A DNA stretch of 32,000 nucleotides from positions 930,001 through 962,000 of the forward strand of contig NC_009483.1 in assembly GCF_000016745.1 (NCBI RefSeq), in the 5' to 3' direction. Made by a program: the position numbers and the translations under genes. Each line of letters starts with the position of its first letter. The first letter of the stretch is position 1. Origin of the DNA: Geotalea uraniireducens Rf4. Its GTDB lineage: Bacteria > Desulfobacterota > Desulfuromonadia > Geobacterales > Geobacteraceae. The notes beneath the pieces were generated by a model. That model worked only from the letters and a program-made list of their open reading frames with translations. It did not search any database and was not told the DNA's origin. This document shows positions 15,568 through 23,534 of this stretch, in pieces.

Positions 15568-16620
15568 TAAGGGTCAGGTCTACATTCTACACTTTTCAAA
15601 CTTTCCCTTTATCTTCTCGACCTTTCTTCCCAGCACCTCATCCGTCTCCATTTTCCTGACAAGCCTTCTGCTCGCTTCACTTATCGCCGTATCTCGTACG
15701 TTGAAGCGATCTCCTATTTCCTGAAGTCTCATTCCGCTGTATTTATGGCAAAGATAGATGCACACCTGCCTCGCTAGCTTTTCGTTGCCATGCAATGCCG
15801 CTATTGCTTCCTTCATGATTTCTTCCGGCGATGGCCTGTTGGCAAAATGCTTCAGCGCCGGAATATTCGCGTCTTCCTTTTCCCGGATATGCGCCGTTGA
15901 TATTTCATCTATAAAGTCGGCGCTCCCCAATATCGATCCACCGAAGATTTTGCTCAAAGGGCTTTCGTATTCTTTGCCGATCATATTTTCAACAAAGGTC
16001 CTGTACTTTTTCCGAGCGTCCGCTTCTTTCTTTGCAAAGCATCCTAGGATAAAACCGGTTCTCAGCCATGCTGGCGGTTTGCTTTGCCCAATGAAGCTTT
16101 GGTAGCTGGACCATTGGTAGTGCTCTGGCCTTTCGACGATTCCGGCTTTGACCGGGTTCAGGTGTATGTAGCGGGAAAGCTCCGCCAGGTATTCATCGGC
16201 CTCGACAAGGATCGCCTTGTATCTACCCTGGAACAGATGACCCGACCTCTTTCTTTTGACGTTGAAGTAGGTCGTGTATGCCCCGTTTATGTGTCGCATT
16301 ATCTGCGATAGGTTACCGGATGGTGTTTCCAGCAACAGATGGTAATGGTTGCTCATCAAACAATAGGCGTGAACTACCGCCCCGTACCGCTCCGTTGCCG
16401 ATGCAAGATATTCAAGAAACTTCTCCCGATCCCTCCGGCTTTTGAATATGTCCTTCTTTTCATTCCCACGCGACGTGACATGATAAAACGCTCCCGGATA
16501 CTCGATGCGTAAAGGTCGTGCCATTGCTCTCTCCTTTGAGCGATTGAGTGTAACGTATGGAGTTGCCCTCTATCATATCAAAGAATTCTGGTTTTGTGTA
16601 GAATGTAGACTTGACCCTTA
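15568..16620 (-). mobile_element. compact Y1-transposase element bounded by 25-bp inverted repeats
   Basis: IR-L at 15568-15592 is TAAGGGTCAGGTCTACATTCTACAC. The reverse complement of IR-R at 16596-16620 is TAAGGGTCAAGTCTACATTCTACAC, 24 of 25 identical. A single ORF lies inside, and its last codons are within IR-L. Confidence 0.7.
15580..16524 (-). CDS. IS200/REP-associated (RAYT-like) Y1 HUH transposase fused to a DnaA-domain-IV-like HTH
   Basis: YHVTSRGN, the HUH motif SNHYHLLLE, and the catalytic-Tyr region LSRYIHLNPVKAG. The C-terminal ARQVCIYLCHKYSGMRLQEIGDRFNVRDTAISEASRRL resembles the DnaA C-terminal DNA-binding domain. Confidence 0.85.
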   Translation of the reverse strand: MARPLRIEYPGAFYHVTSRGNEKKDIFKSRRDREKFLEYLASATERYGAVVHAYCLMSNHYHLLLETPSGNLSQIMRHINGAYTTYFNVKRKRSGHLFQGRYKAILVEADEYLAELSRYIHLNPVKAGIVERPEHYQWSSYQSFIGQSKPPAWLRTGFILGCFAKKEADARKKYRTFVENMIGKEYESPLSKIFGGSILGSADFIDEISTAHIREKEDANIPALKHFANRPSPEEIMKEAIAALHGNEKLARQVCIYLCHKYSGMRLQEIGDRFNVRDTAISEASRRLVRKMETDEVLGRKVEKIKGKFEKCRM

Positions 16621-16649
16621 TTGCCCTGTGTGACCCTTATTGCCCTGTG
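16612..16649 (+). repeat. tandem REP-like 19-mers, TGACCCTTATTGCCCTGTG x2
   Basis: Two perfect adjacent copies at 16612-16630 and 16631-16649. The first overlaps the outer end of IR-R. Confidence 0.85.
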
Positions 16650-16768
16650 TTCTTAAAAGCTCCTTTTTACCAGAAAAAACGTGGCTCTAAGGCCATAATC
16701 AGGGCCTATGTTGGCCAATAGATGCTATATTTCAGTTGGTTAACTTGGTCCGACCCCATGGAGACCCC

Positions 16769-16872
16769 ATGATCAAACCGATAGACACCATGTCGATCAG
16801 CACGGTCAACATGATGAAAGGCATGGCCGCTGTGCGGTCGCGACGGGGCGAAAATAATTTGAAATTAATCAC
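16769..16872 (-). pseudogene. orphan 5' fragment (about 35 codons) of the MFS transporter gene
   Basis: It encodes (V/M)INFKLFSPRRDRTAAMPFIMLTVLIDMVSIGLII, identical to the start of 10606-11892. Homology then stops abruptly at 16768. Confidence 0.85.
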
Positions 16873-16884
16873 GCTTAAATACTC
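16769..16884. repeat. 116-bp perfect direct repeat, right copy
   Basis: Identical to 11789-11904. It starts 10 bp after the stop of the radical SAM gene. Confidence 0.95.
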
Positions 16885-16893
16885 TGTATACTG

Positions 16894-18246
16894 CTAATCA
16901 ACTGATAAATGTCCCATCTCGGGATTTTCAGGATTGTTGCCAATACTCGCAAGGCAAATTCCAGCGCAAATCGAGCTGAAGGAGCAGCGGCATCGCTTGG
17001 CCTCGCGAATGGCAACAAATTCCGGTCTATGCCATAGATCCAGAATGCTTGACTCCCTGATACTTCCCGCGACAGTGTCGATAACCGCACATGGTTTGAC
17101 CTCTCCGTGAGAGCTGACGTACATAAGGCTGCGACCAGCCGCACAGCCGTAGAAAGCTGCGTCTGGCGGCACTTTTGTGTATGGAGGAGTGCCTCCAGCT
17201 TCTATTACGAGTTCTCCCTTGAACTTCTCATGCAGCGCATTAACGACTGTCCCTATCTTAGAGCGGCTTCGCTCGCTCAATTGCGGCAAGGATGCTCCCT
17301 TTCCCTTAGGAGTCAGCAAAAGAAAACGGATACTATCCACTTCGAGATCCCTAGCCAGACGAGCGGCGGTTTCCATTCCAGCAGCATTATCATGTGTAAC
17401 GGTGTATGAAATGGTTACCCTTCGTGCGGAATGCGCCTTCAAATATCTGATACTCTGAATGCTTTGCTCAAAAGATCCCTGTCGGCCGACGATGTTGTCG
17501 TGAATGACGGCGTTTGTACCATGCAGACTGACTTGGATAGAATCGAATACTGCTGCCATACGGGCCGCCAGCTTCTCGTCCACCAGCCACCCATTTGTTC
17601 CTACGGAAATGGAGCGAATGCCGGAGAGTCTTGCGACGAGTGCCAGCTCGATAAGCTCAGGGTGGCAAGTAGGCTCGCCACCCATAAATGTAATTGTAGA
17701 TACCCCGATTCGACCTGCCTGCTCCAGGAATGAGATAAGTTCTTCCAGGTTTAGTTCGTCAGGACCGGGCGATTCCGTCGTTACTCGTGAGCAGTGGCTG
17801 CATGCAAGATTGCACGCCGAAGTCAAGTCCAGTTCTATTTTCGTCGGGACCATGGAGAACCAGCTGAGTTCCCCATTTCGGTAAATGGTCCGGTATTGCT
17901 CCCCCTCGTTGAACACCATGAGTACAGCATTATCCTTGCGCACATAACCTATAATTCCTTGCGCGTAATACTGCTCCAACTCACGCATATCAGCTTCCGT
18001 CCTGCAGATCACGCAGGCAGGATTGCCGTGAATCGACTGGATCAGATCCAGGGAATCCAGCAGGTACACACCTTTTGGGCTCTCCAGGCGCCATCCTTCA
18101 TGCATGCTACAGGCATAAAAGGTGTTCTGAAGATACAAGGGCATTGCCGTGCTCGGTAGAGTCGTCCGTTCAATGCTTGCTGTGATGTGTGGTAACCGAC
18201 ACGGGACGAACTGCTCTGAGGTGAATCGAATCATTTGAGCCCTCAT
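16894..18246 (-). CDS. radical SAM enzyme with a C-terminal SPASM-like domain and an N-terminal extension of about 140 aa
   Basis: CNLACSHC is the CX3CX2C radical SAM cluster motif, in the context IELDLTSACNLACSHCS. The C-terminus has GCAAGRS ... GEVKPCAV ... CRCSFSSICAGIC (SPASM/twitch-like Cys cluster). An alternative start is the ATG at 18234, 5 nt after GAGGG. Confidence 0.8.
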   Translation of the reverse strand: MRAQMIRFTSEQFVPCRLPHITASIERTTLPSTAMPLYLQNTFYACSMHEGWRLESPKGVYLLDSLDLIQSIHGNPACVICRTEADMRELEQYYAQGIIGYVRKDNAVLMVFNEGEQYRTIYRNGELSWFSMVPTKIELDLTSACNLACSHCSRVTTESPGPDELNLEELISFLEQAGRIGVSTITFMGGEPTCHPELIELALVARLSGIRSISVGTNGWLVDEKLAARMAAVFDSIQVSLHGTNAVIHDNIVGRQGSFEQSIQSIRYLKAHSARRVTISYTVTHDNAAGMETAARLARDLEVDSIRFLLLTPKGKGASLPQLSERSRSKIGTVVNALHEKFKGELVIEAGGTPPYTKVPPDAAFYGCAAGRSLMYVSSHGEVKPCAVIDTVAGSIRESSILDLWHRPEFVAIREAKRCRCSFSSICAGICLASIGNNPENPEMGHLSVD

Positions 18247-18298
18247 GGTTCAACATCGGGAAATATTACGCGAATTGTAAAAGACGTGCATTCATTCC

Positions 18299-18592
18299 CT
18301 ACTTGGTGAGCTTGATCCCTTTTTTCTCGAAGAACTTCCGAATCGGTTCCTTATTGCTCTCGATAAACTGCTGCAAAACATCCGGGCGGTGCTGGATCAT
18401 CTCGTCGATCTCTCGATAATCATGATGAGTTGGTTCACACTCGCAGCATCCATAATCGCCTGCGTCACACCCCTTGACAGGCGGTTTCAAGTGACCGAGA
18501 AGGCTCTGCTCAAATCTTTGTATTTCCTCTCGTATAGCCGCTGCAAGTTCGTTTTTTGTTACGCCTGTTGAGGATAGTCTTTTCCCTGTCAT
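18299..18592 (-). CDS. small Cys/Asp/Glu-rich protein (97 aa), candidate substrate or partner of the radical SAM enzyme
   Basis: The ATG at 18592 lies 6 nt after AGGAGG (track start 18646). The central motif is KGCDAGDYGCCECEPTHHDY. Its stop is 52 nt upstream of the radical SAM start, on the same strand. Confidence 0.65.
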   Translation of the reverse strand: MTGKRLSSTGVTKNELAAAIREEIQRFEQSLLGHLKPPVKGCDAGDYGCCECEPTHHDYREIDEMIQHRPDVLQQFIESNKEPIRKFFEKKGIKLTK

Positions 18593-18818
18593 AATTTCCT
18601 CCTTTGATTGATGTTTCTGCGTCCATGATTGTGAAATGCTTGCCACCTTCTGTGTTCAACGGGCACCTAAGCCCTTGATACGAGACAAACTGCTGCTCTT
18701 AGTCACTTGTTTTACTGAAATGGCCTGTGTCAAGGTCTGACCCCTCAGCCTCCTTCAAAGACAGGTTCTTAAAGGCAAATGTTATGGGCGTCCCCCTTGT
18801 TATCCCTCTCCGACTGCG

Positions 18819-19388
18819 TCAATCATCCTGTTCGATGTGTGCTTCACGCCGTTTTTTGAGGTATTGCGGGTACCAGGTGCTGACAAACATAGCCGAGACA
18901 AGGAGGCTGTACGAGATGGTCTCGTACGCCCAGCTGGGCATGGCTGGCTTGATGCTCCGCTGCCATGCCAGGAATGCGTTGATGGAGAATACCACAGCCC
19001 AAATCGTTGTGAGGAGGTAATTCGTGCGTAGAAATGACGGCTGTTCCCACAGGGAAGGGTCTGTGTGTTCACGTGCGTATTCCAGGGTGAAAGGGCGCTT
19101 CAGAGCAATGCCCGCCCAGACACTTACTGCGAGGGCGCCATTGGCCAGAACGCCCATGTGCCGCACAGCCCACATGTCGTTCAGGAACACCACTGCCACA
19201 ATGGCGTAAAAAAAGAACAGGATGCTCGCCCACATAATAGCGCCCCGATGCAGCCTTTTGACCGCCATGACAACGCTCAGAACCGCTGCCACGATTATTC
19301 CCAGCTTGAGACGAAACATGGAGCCGTGTGCAATGATCAGAAAAAATATCCAGGGCGCGAAACAAAAAAGCATCTTGAAAAAAGACAT
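18819..19388 (-). CDS. hypothetical polytopic inner-membrane protein
   Basis: The ATG at 19388 follows AGAGGAA. About six hydrophobic helices (FAPWIFFLIIAHG, LGIIVAAVLSVVMAV, ILFFFYAIVAVVFL, ...). No family recognised. Confidence 0.7.
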   Translation of the reverse strand: MSFFKMLFCFAPWIFFLIIAHGSMFRLKLGIIVAAVLSVVMAVKRLHRGAIMWASILFFFYAIVAVVFLNDMWAVRHMGVLANGALAVSVWAGIALKRPFTLEYAREHTDPSLWEQPSFLRTNYLLTTIWAVVFSINAFLAWQRSIKPAMPSWAYETISYSLLVSAMFVSTWYPQYLKKRREAHIEQDD

Positions 19389-19407
19389 GATTATTTCCTC
19401 TTTGAAT

Positions 19408-19564
19408 GGCATTCATAAGGGGTCTACCATGCGGTTCATTCAGAAAAACGATTCAAAATCGTCAGGGCATTCATAAGGGGTCAAGCCTTAAAGAGGGAAA
19501 TATATGAAAATATTTTGACAGATTTAAAATTCCCTTTTCAATGCCTGACCCCATTCATTCTGAC
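19408..19564. repeat. cluster of REP-like repeats (GGCATTCATAAGGGGTC x2 plus an inverted relative)
   Basis: 19408-19424 and 19466-19482 are identical 17-mers. 19546-19564 (TGACCCCATTCATTCTGAC) is an imperfect inverted relative. The core TAAGGGGTC relates them to the Y1-element IRs. Confidence 0.65.
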
Positions 19565-19647
19565 TGCCTAATTTGCTACGGAAGAACCTAAGGGGGCAGC
19601 CCTTGGTGCGCCGGTAGGCGGCGGGTCCCCCCCCAGGCGCAACGTCA

Positions 19648-22600
19648 CTAGAAATTCCCTAGAATGGTACCTGACTCTCCTACGACTACAAAATGGCCAC
19701 TCCCATCATATGAGACCCCGTTCAAGTTGTTCGTGGTATAGGAGGCTCTCTTCGTCCAAGTGACACCATCGGGCGAAGTCAAAAGGTATCCTGAATCCCC
19801 AACCACAACGAACTGGCCACCTCCATAGGATACGCCGGACAGTTTGCTGGTAGTCCCGGATGTGCGGCTTGTCCAGAGAATGCCATCATTCGAGGTCAGC
19901 ACGGTGCCAGCTTCGCCGACGGCGACATACTGGCCACCACCATAGGTTGCCCCATACAGTGAGTAGATAGTACCGGAAGCCCTGTTGGTCCAGGCCACGC
20001 CATCTGGTGATGTCAAAATGGAACCGCTTGCACCCACCGCAACAAACTGACCGCCACCATAGGTGACACGAACCAGGTTCTGTGTCGTCCCCGAAGCGCT
20101 GAGCGTCCAGGAAACGCCGTCGGGGGAGGTGAGGATCGCTCCTGCTGCACCGACCAAAACAAACTGGCCGCCTCCATAGGCGACGCCACTAGAGGAAGTC
20201 GCAGTAGTATGACCCGTCCATGTTACGGAATCAGGCGAAGTCAAGATAGAAGCCCAGGTCACCCCGAGATATATTCCGTTTCCATAGGCGATGTCGGTCA
20301 CGGGACTGCCCGAACTGCTATTGCGATCTGTCCAGGTGACACCATCGGGCGAGGTCATTATGACACCCTTACCTCCAGACCACCCGACTGTCACGAATTC
20401 GCTGCCGGTGAACATCACGCCGGATAGCTTGTTTGTTGTGCCGGAGGTGGACGCCCAGGTAGTGCCATTGGAGGATATAAGGACCGTTCCAGCGTCGCCG
20501 GTCGCCACTGACTGGCCGTTCACATTGTTCACGCCATTCAGGTTTTTCTGCGTGCCGGAGAAGTAATTGGTCCAGGTGATACCGTCAGGAGAGGTCTGGA
20601 TCGCGCCGCTTAGACCCACGGCAATGAACTGGGCGCCATCGTAGGTCACTGCGATGAAGCTCGGCTTGAAAGACATGCCTACCGAAGGCACCCAGGCCGC
20701 CGACTGTGTTGCCCAGTCGACGCCATTCAGGGAAGTCAGCACCGTCCCTGCATTTCCTACCGCGACAAATCGCCCACCTCCGTAGGTTACGCCGTTCAGG
20801 TTGATGGTCGTTCCCGAGGACCGGCTCGTCCACGTGACACTGTCGGCAGAAGTCAGGATGAGGCCGGAATTCCCGGAGACAACATACTGGTTACTGCCGT
20901 AGGTGATGTCGCGCAAATGCGTGGCTGTGCCGGAGGAACGGCCGGTCCAGACGATACCGTCGGCGGACGTCAGGATCGTGCCGGAGTTACCGACCACTAC
21001 AAACTGACCGCCGGTATAGATCGTTCCCGTCAAGTTGGCCGTGGTTCCAGAGGCTCTAATCTGCCAGGTTGCACCGTCACTGGAGGTCAGAATGACGCCC
21101 GAATCGCCGACTGCGACAAACTGGCCACCGCCATAAACCACACGAGTCAAATTGGCTGAAGTCCCGGAGTTTTGAATGCTCCAGTTGCTGCCGCTATCTG
21201 AAGTGGCGATAACTCCCGCAGTACCTACCGCAACAAATTTGCCCGCGCCGTAGGCGACGTTGTCCAGGTTGTTACCGCCGGTCCTTGGGCTGAGCCAGTA
21301 CCAGTTACTGACATTTATCGCCGATCCTCCAGTTGTGCCACCAGTGCCGCCGGTGTAGCCTCCGGAGTAACCGCTGCTACCGCCAGTACCGCCAGTACCG
21401 CCAGTACCGCCAGTGCCGCCGGAATTGCTGGAACCGCCACTGCCGGAAAAGACGGTTTCATCACTATGGTAGAAGCTACGGTAGAGTTGCCAGCTGGCAC
21501 CATCCGACTGGCTCCAGGCTATGGCTGTATCCCCGGTTCCATCCATGGCTACGTCGTAATTGACATAGTTCAGCTGGTCATTACTCACTGCCAGGAGGTT
21601 TTTATCGGTCCAGGAGCCGTTAAGGTACTGCATTGTATATACCTGCCAGTCTGCACCATTGGCCTGGTTCCAAAGGAGAATCCCATTGCCGCTGTGATCC
21701 ATTTTTATCAGGGGGCGGTTGGCCGAGGTCGCAGCAGAGCTGACTTGTCTGGGTGAATTCCATGTGCCTGCTCGCGATTCGACAATGACTATCTGCCACA
21801 GGTTATTAACCTTCTGTTGCCACGCTACGACGGCATTGCCGCGACTATCCATGGCAACACGGGGATAATCAGTTTCCGCACCGCCGGAATCGAGCAGAGC
21901 CGGACCGGTCCACGCACCATTGCGGTATTCGTTTCTGTAGGCGTGACGCTGGATGCCATCCTGCTGCCCCCACACGATGATAGCCTCGTTATTGCTGTCA
22001 AACGATAGCTGGAAATACGAATCCGGGTCCTGGCCTGCTATACTGACTATTTGCGGAGTACTCCAAAGTCCGTTTAAGCGTTGCCTGCTGAACAACTTGA
22101 CGTGAGTATAATAATGATCATTGTACTGCCAGGCTATTACCTGGTTCCCTTTTGAGTTCAGCGCCACCTTAGGGGAATTACAGCTACCCCCAGCTGAGAC
22201 CGCCACCGGATTGCTCCATGCACCGTCAGCATACTCCTTTGCGTAGATATTATCCTGTGACCATACTATAACGGCCCTGCCTTCGTCATTCATCGCGATT
22301 GACGGCGATAGGGATCCCGGAGAAAAGGACACGCCGGAAGCTGTAATCACTTGGGGCTGGCTCCAGAGCCCGTTCCGGTACTCCATCATTACTACTCCAG
22401 TTCCCCAATCCTCCCAGACCAGAACTGCATTGCCGTTGTTATCCATGGCAACCTTAGGCGAATAAACGTTAGAAGCGTTCCCGCTGACGACCCTAGGCTC
22501 GGTCCAGGTTCCATCAGCCAGTTGACTCATGACAATTTCATAATGGCTATTGGTGCTGTTATATCTCCACCACGCGACGATGGCGTTGCCGTGCTTATCC

Positions 22601-23070
22601 ATGGCTGTCACGGCACTATTTGCCTTGCCGAAGTTTTCTGTACTGTCCCACTGACTGGTTTTAGTTGTAAAGCCAGTGGTGTATTCTCCGGGCAGTGTGC
22701 CGCCGTAAATGCTTTTTATGGTGGCGGCGACTTTAACCGTGTATCTTCTGCCGGCGGAAAGCTTATTTTTCAGCTTCAAGGTGGCAGTATTGCCGTTTAC
22801 TACAACCGTATCAGCTTCGACTGGGAAGCCTTGGTCATCCTTTACAGCAATTGCACCAGCAGTAACCGTATTAGCATCCAGGTTTGCGTCAAAGGAAACT
22901 GTTATGTCGCCGGTCCTGGTTACCTCAGTAGCTCCGTCTACTGGGGTGACACTTGCTACCTTCAGCTCGACAGGCACAGGCGTAGAGGCGGTTCCGCTGG
23001 AACCGCCGCCACAGCCAAATAAAGAAATCGCCAGAGATATCAGTAGTAAAAAATCCAGTCGTTTTTTCAT
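19648..23070 (-). CDS. 1140-aa surface lipoprotein: Ig-like (SbsA/Big-like) domain plus two different beta-propeller-type repeat arrays joined by a Gly/Thr/Ser linker
   Basis: Lipobox LISLAISLFGC. The N-terminal VASVTPVDGATEVTRTGDITVSFDANLD is Ig-like. Next come repeats of the D..GNA.(I/V)VW type, then the linker GSGGSSNSGGTGGTGGTGGTGGSSGYSGGYTGGTGG. About 18-20 units of W(T/S)..(S)SGT...L.GV.YGGGQFVAVG..G.ILTS.DG..W follow, resembling Ycf48/BNR-like propeller blades. Confidence 0.85.
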   Translation of the reverse strand: MKKRLDFLLLISLAISLFGCGGGSSGTASTPVPVELKVASVTPVDGATEVTRTGDITVSFDANLDANTVTAGAIAVKDDQGFPVEADTVVVNGNTATLKLKNKLSAGRRYTVKVAATIKSIYGGTLPGEYTTGFTTKTSQWDSTENFGKANSAVTAMDKHGNAIVAWWRYNSTNSHYEIVMSQLADGTWTEPRVVSGNASNVYSPKVAMDNNGNAVLVWEDWGTGVVMMEYRNGLWSQPQVITASGVSFSPGSLSPSIAMNDEGRAVIVWSQDNIYAKEYADGAWSNPVAVSAGGSCNSPKVALNSKGNQVIAWQYNDHYYTHVKLFSRQRLNGLWSTPQIVSIAGQDPDSYFQLSFDSNNEAIIVWGQQDGIQRHAYRNEYRNGAWTGPALLDSGGAETDYPRVAMDSRGNAVVAWQQKVNNLWQIVIVESRAGTWNSPRQVSSAATSANRPLIKMDHSGNGILLWNQANGADWQVYTMQYLNGSWTDKNLLAVSNDQLNYVNYDVAMDGTGDTAIAWSQSDGASWQLYRSFYHSDETVFSGSGGSSNSGGTGGTGGTGGTGGSSGYSGGYTGGTGGTTGGSAINVSNWYWLSPRTGGNNLDNVAYGAGKFVAVGTAGVIATSDSGSNWSIQNSGTSANLTRVVYGGGQFVAVGDSGVILTSSDGATWQIRASGTTANLTGTIYTGGQFVVVGNSGTILTSADGIVWTGRSSGTATHLRDITYGSNQYVVSGNSGLILTSADSVTWTSRSSGTTINLNGVTYGGGRFVAVGNAGTVLTSLNGVDWATQSAAWVPSVGMSFKPSFIAVTYDGAQFIAVGLSGAIQTSPDGITWTNYFSGTQKNLNGVNNVNGQSVATGDAGTVLISSNGTTWASTSGTTNKLSGVMFTGSEFVTVGWSGGKGVIMTSPDGVTWTDRNSSSGSPVTDIAYGNGIYLGVTWASILTSPDSVTWTGHTTATSSSGVAYGGGQFVLVGAAGAILTSPDGVSWTLSASGTTQNLVRVTYGGGQFVAVGASGSILTSPDGVAWTNRASGTIYSLYGATYGGGQYVAVGEAGTVLTSNDGILWTSRTSGTTSKLSGVSYGGGQFVVVGDSGYLLTSPDGVTWTKRASYTTNNLNGVSYDGSGHFVVVGESGTILGNF
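21379..21414. repeat. 9-bp microsatellite (ACCGCCAGT)x4 inside the lipoprotein linker
   Basis: Four perfect tandem copies on the plus strand encode the TGG repeats of the linker. Confidence 0.9.
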
Positions 23071-23346
23071 TGTGCCCTCGGTACTAAATCGCGATTAGAT
23101 AATAAAGAAATAATTCAGACGCATCAAAAACTTCACTATTCATTTTCGGTGGCAACAACCGGGACGCCCATGAACATCGCTTACATCCGCTCAACCAACC
23201 CTCATAAGCTTTCTTGGCACTCAGTGAGGTCTCAGGCTTGGCCACGCTCTGCATCGAGAATCGTACCAGCAGTTGATTGAACCGGTAAGGACAAAAGAGT
23301 CAATGCAAATGCAGGTTTTAGTAAATGGCTTATTATTTTGTTTCCC

Positions 23347-23418
23347 ATCCAACGGGTCGGCAGTTGACCCGCTTGCCCGGCCTTTTCGGGCGGGCGGTGT
23401 CCAACTGTCTTGTTGGCA
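23347..23418 (-). other. attC-like recombination site
   Basis: Minus-strand reading: TGCCAAC aaga CAGTTGGAC accgcccgcccg aaaagg ccgggcaagc GGGTCAACTG ccgaccc GTTGGAT. It has nested inverted repeats (CAGTTG/CAACTG and GCCCG/CGGGC). The R'' box TGCCAAC is a 6-of-7 complement of the R' box GTTGGCG of the preceding site. Confidence 0.65.
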
Positions 23419-23534
23419 ATCCTCTTCTCGTTGCGCCTCTTTAAATGGAAAATGGAGATTGACCCTCCATTCCAGACCAAGTCGTATTAATCCTTACTGG
23501 TTATGTCGCCTTTCGCTTTATTGCCTCTCCATGA

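Noticed and set aside
16650-16768. GGCCAAC ata AGGCC ctgattat GGCCT ... GTTTTTT (minus strand) considered as another attC or a terminator
   Set aside because: It has only a 5-bp stem, no credible GTTRRRY box, and the T-run is 10 nt from the stem. The signal is too weak to call.
19588-19640. GC-rich imperfect hairpin (CCTAAGGGGG ... CCCCCCCCAGG) just after the lipoprotein stop, considered as an attC
   Set aside because: It has no RYYYAAC/GTTRRRY boxes in either orientation. It is more likely a transcript-end stabilising hairpin or a weak terminator, and it is not called.
23232-23480. 82-aa minus-strand ORF, including a 38-codon stub (MGNKIISHLLKPAFALTLLSLPVQSTAG...) that starts inside the R' box at 23348
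   Set aside because: The long version reads straight through the attC-like palindrome. The short version looks like a signal peptide but has no RBS and stops after 38 codons. At most it is a truncated cassette remnant and is not called as a gene.
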